DNA of 63,029 bases, filler included, from Stramenopiles sp. TOSAG23-2 (lineage: Eukaryota): NCBI GenBank assembly GCA_900128395.1. It is 7 parts of 7 records of this genome, joined end to end, with 100 filler letters (N's around TTAATTAATTAA, not from the genome) between each part and the next. Parts side by side here need not be neighbours in the genome. Positions count along the whole stretch, not along the records: positions 56,447 to 58,019 come from LT652663.1; positions 58,120 to 59,690 come from LT652664.1; positions 59,791 to 61,360 come from LT652665.1; positions 61,461 to 63,029 come from LT652666.1; 3 more parts are not named here. One strand, 5' to 3'. Under the pieces are notes generated by a model that did no database searches, was not told where the DNA came from, and saw only the letters and a program-made list of their open reading frames with translations. The stretch's first letter is position 1, and each line of letters starts with the position of its first letter. Made by a program: the position numbers and the translations under genes. This document shows, piece after piece, positions 56,447 to 63,029 of this stretch.

Positions 56447-56540
56447 AATTTTGTTAGTTTTTTTTTTCTTTTTTATTAGGCTTATTTTAAAACACGTGTT
56501 ACACTCCTGTAATTCATTTGAAAAATATTTAAGGTATATA
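56447..56540. repeat. Left copy of ~95-bp inverted repeat (transposon terminus-like, ends ..TTAAGGTATATA)
   Basis: Near-identical to the reverse complement of 57643-57737; similarity runs to the first base of the contig. Confidence 0.85.
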
Positions 56541-56670
56541 AGAAAAATGGCAAAATAACTACAGTAAAAAAAAATCAGAAATAAATCATAAATCAACAAA
56601 TAATAAATTAAAATAAGAAAGCAAAAAAATGAAGAGAGATATGGAAAAATGGAAATTGTGTCATTGCACC

Positions 56671-57153
56671 ATGGATGAAATATGGGGAAGTGATCCTGAT
56701 AATGATGAAGATGATAATCAGCAGGAGGCAAATTTTTTAAATGTAGAAAGTAAAAACCAATTTGTAAATGAAGATTTATCAATTGTATTGGAGGATATAG
56801 AAAAGAAATTGCATAATTTTGCCAAGGAAAATAATAATAAGTTTCAATCATACGTTATATATAATGATGATGATGATAAATCCCACACTTATACAAATGA
56901 TGCATACACTTTATTTGAAATATATTGTACTGTTGTCGATAAAATGTTTGAGGAGTATGTAAAAACAAGAGGAATAACAAAGAATACTTTTATAAATAAT
57001 TTAAGAGAAGTAATAGATTCTGAAAGTAGTGACAAATATTCAGTGCTAGCTATATTATCGATCGATAGTTTCGAAAAATTTGCACAGTTTATGATGGATT
57101 CTAATGTAATTACAGAAAATGCAAAAGATGATGCAATGAGCATGGGATTTTAG
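56671..57153 (+). CDS. BART (ARL2/ARL3-binding) domain protein
   Basis: YTNDAYTLFEIYCTVVDKMFEEYV..GIT..F..ILSIDSFEKFAQFM matches the BART pattern. Start at 56629 or 56671. Confidence 0.75.
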   Translation: MDEIWGSDPDNDEDDNQQEANFLNVESKNQFVNEDLSIVLEDIEKKLHNFAKENNNKFQSYVIYNDDDDKSHTYTNDAYTLFEIYCTVVDKMFEEYVKTRGITKNTFINNLREVIDSESSDKYSVLAILSIDSFEKFAQFMMDSNVITENAKDDAMSMGF

Positions 57154-57642
57154 AGTGGTGCGCACGTGTACGGTTCGTATCTATGTTCCGTGTACAAAGT
57201 ATGATACACATATTAATATTTATATTATATATATATATATATATTTAAATCCTCTACCATTCAGAGTAAGCTGCAAAAAATGTGCAGCAGGTGTAAAACA
57301 AATAGATGATACAATAAGTGATGGTGGTAAACATATACCAACATATACAATAAAAAGGTTTCATAAAACACTTTTTTTTTTTGAAAAGGGGGTGGTTTAG
57401 AATTCCTCTGGAAAACGTAGAAAGTATCTGTGAGAGTGTAGAAATCCACCAATGACAAAAACATTTGGTACCATGGTAAAAGGCATAAATTGCTCTTTAT
57501 ATTTTAAAAAAACTAATAAAGGCTAAAAACAATATTAATAATTATTATATTGAAAATTAAATAAAATGGTGCATCGTGCATCGTTGCCAGGTGTTGCCAT
57601 CCAGCCATCCTCGAAACCTAAAACTCGAACATCCTTCTGACG

Positions 57643-57737
57643 TATATACCTTAACTATTTTTCAAATGAATTACAGGAGTATAACACGTGTTTTAAAATA
57701 AGCCTAATAACAATGAAAAAAAAAAGGTAACAAAATT
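57643..57737. repeat. Right copy of ~95-bp inverted repeat (begins TATATACCTTAAC..)
   Basis: Reverse complement matches 56447-56540 with few substitutions. Confidence 0.85.
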
Positions 57738-58019
57738 GTTACCATTAAAATAAACCATTTTATAATGAATTTTTAAAATAAATGCTGCTTCAATGGTAGA
57801 AACAATTGCACAATATTAAGGTGAAAAAGATGCCAGAAAAAGATTGCCGGCAGCGCTTCTTGTTGTTGAGCATGCCAGGCATGGTGGAGTAACATCAAAA
57901 AAATATAATATACTCGTATTGCATATTATTAAAAATGCGTGTAAATTAAATCATATTATTAAAATATGATGTGTCGTATGAACTAACACAACACGTCTTT
58001 TCATTTTCCTGCTTGATAT

Positions 58020-58119
58020 NNNNNNNNNNNNNNNNNNNNNNNNNNNNNNNNNNNNNNNNNNNNTTAATTAATTAANNNNNNNNNNNNNNNNNNNNNNNNN
58101 NNNNNNNNNNNNNNNNNNN
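58020..58119. other. Artificial contig spacer
   Basis: 44N-TTAATTAATTAA-44N. Confidence 0.98.
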
Positions 58120-58362
58120 AAATAATTTTTACTAAAATTTATAAATCATTTTTGATTTGAGAGGTTAATAAACGGGAGTGAAAGAATTTTATATAACATA
58201 TGAGTAAGAGAAAAACACATACATATTTAATGCCATACATATATGTATTTTGTTTTTTTAAAATATTTTTTTACAAAAATGTAAAAACGTAGTATCATAT
58301 CATACGAATCATACGACTTCGTATGAAACATTTTTGTGCGATTGTTATTATTCGGCACTTTT

Positions 58363-59370
58363 TCAAACTACCACACATGTCGATACATTATTTCTATCAT
58401 ATTTATCTATTTGGGGTATAGATTTTTCGGTATTATATCGATTGCGATCACGCCCGGTACCACAGTTTCCAACGGCACATGCAAAAATGTCACTATCGTT
58501 ATTTTTGTTTTCATTTTCATCATCTGATGAATCGTAATATTTATTAATAGCATTTCCACCATTACTAATTCTATTTAACTTATTGTATGTTTTGGTATAT
58601 TTTAATAATAACTCACCAACACGTGATGTTAATTCATCGATACCAATTGCATTTAATGATGATGTTGCAATGAATTGCACTTTATGTTTAGCAGCAAATT
58701 TACTAGCGTATATTTGTTTAATTTCAAATTGGTTAGGATCATTTTGTAAATCTGCTTTGCATGACGCTAATATAATCGGATGAAATGCATGAGCATGTAT
58801 TTTTAAGTTTTCAATTAAATTTACAGCAAATTCATATGATTCTCTATCACTTACACTATATGTACATATATATGCAGTAGGATATTCCCGTTTCTTTCTT
58901 GATATATCTTCCGATGATGTTGATAAAGCATCAATGACTTCTAATGTTATTGGTACTAATTTTGTTTTATTATTTTTTTTGGAAGGAGCCGTGCTCTTGT
59001 TATTATTATTATTATTATTCGTAGTGTATTGTTGCTTAGATATATTGCATTCAATAATATGCACTTCGTCATCGGTACTTGGTACATCAACTAATATATT
59101 TTTACTCATTCGAAAACACAAAGATGTTTTACCAACAGAAGAACTACCTAATACGTAACATCTAAATGCTTTTTTGCCTTGCTCTCTTAATGATACTAAC
59201 CATGATGAATTTTCATCTTCACCATAATGAATGAAGTTTTGTTGATTTTTTTGACTACTGTTTGTTGCAACATTTTTTTTCGATTTCAATTTCAATGCCG
59301 CTAATTCTGTTGCATCTTTTAATTTACTATCACGTCTTTTTTTTTTCAACGATGTTGTTGGTGATTGCAT
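58363..59370 (-). CDS. Atypical Ras-family small GTPase with C-terminal CaaX
   Basis: G1 VLGSSSVGKTSL, degenerate G3 LEVIDALS, YSVSDRESY, G4 ASCKADL, G5 ATSSL, terminal CVVV. Probable start MQSP at 59370. Confidence 0.8.
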   Translation of the reverse strand: MQSPTTSLKKKRRDSKLKDATELAALKLKSKKNVATNSSQKNQQNFIHYGEDENSSWLVSLREQGKKAFRCYVLGSSSVGKTSLCFRMSKNILVDVPSTDDEVHIIECNISKQQYTTNNNNNNNKSTAPSKKNNKTKLVPITLEVIDALSTSSEDISRKKREYPTAYICTYSVSDRESYEFAVNLIENLKIHAHAFHPIILASCKADLQNDPNQFEIKQIYASKFAAKHKVQFIATSSLNAIGIDELTSRVGELLLKYTKTYNKLNRISNGGNAINKYYDSSDDENENKNNDSDIFACAVGNCGTGRDRNRYNTEKSIPQIDKYDRNNVSTCVVV

Positions 59371-59489
59371 TTTTACGATATATATATATACAATATATAG
59401 TATATCGATACTAACGTTTTGATGATAATGTATTTTATTATAATACACATGTGTACACAAGTTGTTGTTTTATTGTATTTATTTCTAAT

Positions 59490-59690
59490 TTAATTTTTGT
59501 TGTTTTTGAATTTTTTTTTGGATTTTTTTTTTTTTTTATTTTTTTTTTGATAAAAATATGTTGAAATGATCTCTTTTTCGGCCTCTTTCAAGTACTCGTA
59601 TCCTTTAATGGGATAATCTGAATGGCATAGATCTGTGCCATTCCCGAATTTTAGTAATCTTGTGTGATCTAACAAATTTTTTATATTCAT
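59490..59690 (-). CDS. Possible 3' end of a gene truncated by the spacer
   Basis: Frame is open from the contig edge to a stop, with a lysine-rich tail. No family recognised. Confidence 0.3.
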   Translation of the reverse strand: MNIKNLLDHTRLLKFGNGTDLCHSDYPIKGYEYLKEAEKEIISTYFYQKKNKKKKKSKKKFKNNKN

Positions 59691-59790
59691 NNNNNNNNNN
59701 NNNNNNNNNNNNNNNNNNNNNNNNNNNNNNNNNNTTAATTAATTAANNNNNNNNNNNNNNNNNNNNNNNNNNNNNNNNNNNNNNNNNNNN
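59691..59790. other. Artificial contig spacer
   Basis: 44N-TTAATTAATTAA-44N. Confidence 0.98.
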
Positions 59791-60088
59791 TGCTTTATTT
59801 TATACCCATTTAACATATACACAGTGTTGTATATTAAAATCATCATAGTTGGAGTTTTTTTTGTTTTATTTGTGGTTTCCAGGGTTTCACTTCACAAACA
59901 AGCCCTCCACCACCATGGGCAAGCTTTTATTATATATATATTCATCGTTATTATTATTATTATTTATTGTGTTTATATAAATCTAATAAATAAATAATAT
60001 AAAAGTGAGGTTTATAGATAGATAATAGAAACGTGTGCATGTAAAATATACGTATATATATATATATATACTGTCTAGGATTCAAATA

Positions 60089-61360
60089 ATGGCAGCGAAA
60101 AATGGCGAATTTACTGAAGTTAGTAAAATAGGGTTTTGGATGGGCTCGTGGTATCTATGTTCATTAATAACTTTATTTAGTAATAAATATATATTAACTG
60201 ATTTAGGTGGTAATGTGCAAACTCTGGGCGTCATTCAAATGCTAACAACCGCTACTATGGGCGCAGTAAAAGTTTATGGCCCTCAACTCTTGAGTAAAGA
60301 AGCGAAAAAGAATCCAAAAACGAATTCCAAACCTGTAAGACCACCAGCACCACATGAAAATCCAAATTTTTGGCGTAATATGGTATATGTAGGCGTTATG
60401 CGAGGTGCAACAGTTATTTTAGGTTTAGTTTCATTATCACATGTTGCCGTTTCTTTTACGGAAACGATAAAGGCAAGCGCACCGATGTTTACTGTCATTT
60501 TTGCTAGGCTTATATTAGGACAGGAAACCTCAAATGAAGTCATGCTTTCATTGATCCCAGTCATGCTTGGTTTAGTTGTATGTTCTGCCACTGAATGGAG
60601 TTTTGATATGATAGGTTTTCTAGCTGCTGTATCTAATAATTGTATAGATTGCGTACAAAATGTATTTTCCAAGAAATTATTACAAGAGCCAAGTATGACG
60701 CCAGTACATTTGCAATTTTACACTAGTGTAGCTGCTGCATGTTTACAACTACCAGTCATGTGTTGGGCATTTAGTAATGGACACCATAGTGCAAAAGGAA
60801 AAGTAATGGTAGGGGATGATGGTGTAGAATTTTCACGTCCACAATCCGTATGGTTATGGCCGGTAATATTATTTTGTGCTGTGTTTTATCATTTGCAATC
60901 AGTAACGGCATATTATACCATGAGTCTGATATCACCAGTAAGTCAATCAGTTGCCAACACGGTTAAGCGAAGTTTATTAATATTTTTATCAATCTTGCAT
61001 TTTGGAAATAGAGTCACTACGTACAATGTACTTGGAATGATGACCGTGATGGCTGGTGTAGGTGCATATAGTTATGCTAAAACTCATTATCCACCACAAT
61101 CATCTGTAGGAAAGGATGGATCTATTGTAGAACTTGGCACTAACACTTCTGTAATACGTAGTAAGAGCCAGAATAGCTTTTTTGAACAACAAGAAATTAA
61201 ATTAAACAATGTATTAGGCGCTGGACAAAATGGCAATACCTATAATAATAATAATAATAATATTGAATCGCAAAAATCTACGATTGAAAGGACTAAAAGT
61301 AGTGATAGTAATGGCGTCGCATATTTAAATATGAAATCGGATGATAATAACAGCGCCGAA
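60089..61360 (+). CDS. SLC35E2: Solute carrier 35E2-like (TPT/nucleotide-sugar transporter family), 3'-truncated
   Basis: LFSNKYIL, VAVSFTETIKASAPMFTV, NCIDCVQNVFSKKLL, LQFYTS, ISPVSQSVANTVKR; about 10 TMs. Confidence 0.88.
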
Positions 61361-61460
61361 NNNNNNNNNNNNNNNNNNNNNNNNNNNNNNNNNNNNNNNN
61401 NNNNTTAATTAATTAANNNNNNNNNNNNNNNNNNNNNNNNNNNNNNNNNNNNNNNNNNNN
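61361..61460. other. Artificial contig spacer
   Basis: 44N-TTAATTAATTAA-44N. Confidence 0.98.
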
Positions 61461-61679
61461 AATTATTTGGCCTCGATTGCATGATGCAAATAATATAGAA
61501 TTATTTACAATCGGCGATATTGATATGATATTATGATTATTTATATCCTCTGCTTTCCTATGTGATCCTATATCAAGCTCAGATCCTAAACTCTGTGTAA
61601 CACTACTATAGTTCTACTTATTTATAATCTCTCCTATCTCCAGTAGATCATCGATCTCTCATCCTTCTTTTATGCAATG

Positions 61680-62560
61680 TTTTATTTTGTTTGGTAAGAA
61701 TTTCCTTTTATGGCCCAGCTACATTGTGCAACTGTGTATGCTGCCTCCTGCCAACACCATACAGGAAATTCTCTATTGGCATATCTATAAACTATAAACG
61801 TACCTTCAATTTCTTCTTCTGCTACTCCATCTACTTCTTTGCCTTCTACATTCTCCACAGTTTCTTCTTCACACCTTCTTCTTCTTCTACTTCTTCGGCA
61901 TCTTCCTCTTTGGTTTCTTCTTCCTATACCACATCTCTTCTTCTTCTTCTTCTACTACTACTACTTCCTCTACATCTTCTCCTCGTTCTTCTTTGAGCTG
62001 TTCCTCCTCTTCTGTTACTTCTTCTTCCACATGTTCTTCCGTTACTTCTCCCCCTTCACCTTCTATCGCTATCTCTTTATTTACATCTTTAGCTACTTGT
62101 TCTACTACTTCATCTACGGCTCCTTCCTCTTCTTCCACTCCTTCTACGTCTTTCATTATTCTTCCTTGGACTCTTCTTCTTCTGCCAACTTGTCTTCTTC
62201 TACTACTACATCTTCTATCGCTACTTCTTATTCTACATCTTTCTCCTCATCTTTTACCTCTTCCTCTTCTGTTACTTCTTCTTCCACATGTCCTTTTGTT
62301 ATTTCTCCCCATTCACTTTCTTTCGCTATCTCTATATCTACCTCTTCTTTTGCTACTTGTTCTACTACTTCTTCATCTACGGCTCCCTCCTCTTCTTCTA
62401 CTCCTTCTATGTCTTTCATTATTCTTCCTTGAACTCTTCTTCTTCTGCTAACTTGTCTTCTTCATCGTATTCTTCTTCTATTACTACATCTTCTTCTACA
62501 TCTTTCTCCTCTTCTTTTTCTTCTTCTACATTTTCAATATTTGCTAGTGTATTCTGCCAA
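61680..62560 (-). pseudogene. Broken Glu/Val-rich repetitive coding sequence with ~263-bp internal duplication
   Basis: Minus-strand frames read EEEKDVEE..DKLAEEEE(F/S)KEE* followed by MKD(I/V)EGVEEEEGAVDE.. twice (starts 62419 and 62156), with in-frame stops and frameshifts. Confidence 0.55.
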
Positions 62561-62696
62561 CACTGTAAACAATGTTAAGGACGTTGACTACTATTAACAT
62601 TGTTAACAGCCCACTAGCCAATATCTCTATTCTGTCCATTAGTCTACTTGCTTCTACAAGCCATTGTTATATCCATAGTTAACTGGCTCAACTCAA

Positions 62697-63029
62697 CTAA
62701 ACGATCTATCCGTCTACAATGTCTGTAGATTTCTTGATCAGTAACTATCTAAACGATCTATCCGTCTACAATGTCTGTAGATTTCTTGATCAGTAACTAT
62801 CTAAACGATCTATCCATCTACAATGTCTGTAGATTTCTTGATCAGTAACTATCTAAACGATCTATCCGTCTACAATGTCTGTAGATTTCTTGATCAGTAA
62901 CTATCTAAACGATCTATCCATCTACAATGTCTGTAGATTTCTTGATCAGTAACTATCTAAACGATCTATCCGTCTACAATGTCTGTAGATTTCTTGATCA
63001 GTAACTATCTAAACGATCTATCCGTCTAC
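62697..63029. repeat. 52-bp tandem repeat (6.4 copies, runs off window end)
   Basis: Unit CTAAACGATCTATCC(G/A)TCTACAATGTCTGTAGATTTCTTGATCAGTAACTAT starting at 62697, 62749, 62801, 62853, 62905, 62957, 63009. Confidence 0.97.

Noticed and set aside
61691-62578. Plus-strand Ser/Phe/Leu-rich ORFs (mucin-like or TM-like)
   Set aside because: Antisense read-outs of the GAA-rich minus-strand repeats.
62697-63029. CRISPR array (the TCTAC..GTAGAT stem resembles Cas12a direct repeats)
   Set aside because: Sequences between hairpins are identical, so there are no unique spacers. There are no cas genes and the context is eukaryotic; it is a tandem repeat.

Overview
AT-rich, gene-dense, intron-poor eukaryotic DNA, most likely from a unicellular protist. 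A stramenopile-like flagellate is my inference from gene content and style, not a proven assignment. The window is a concatenation of 7 contigs joined by six identical artificial 100-nt spacers (44 N + TTAATTAATTAA + 44 N), so adjacency across spacers is not biological. Housekeeping genes include formin, a PHD-PHD-bromodomain chromatin factor, ZNHIT2, RRP8, listerin/LTN1, an EBP/EXPERA protein, POLE2, adenylate kinase, CBS, NOP9, a PI-PLC X-domain protein, PP2C, AMPK-beta, a BART-domain protein, an atypical Ras-family GTPase and an SLC35E2-like transporter. Notable coding items: a 2190-aa pseudo-receiver/pseudo-hydrolase/IQ/SAM/ankyrin signalling protein; a DCD-CCCH-RanBP2-PAM2-DnaJ fusion; a bacterial-type TsaE; a CBS with the animal-type heme motif; and an orphan retropepsin reading frame. 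Notable non-coding items: three distinct inverted-repeat (DNA transposon/MITE-like) structures, a GCTTTCCA promoter microsatellite, a recurrent TACCWGGTA palindrome, and a terminal 52-bp hairpin-containing tandem array next to decayed Glu-rich repeats. I could not support any tRNA, rRNA or true CRISPR array.
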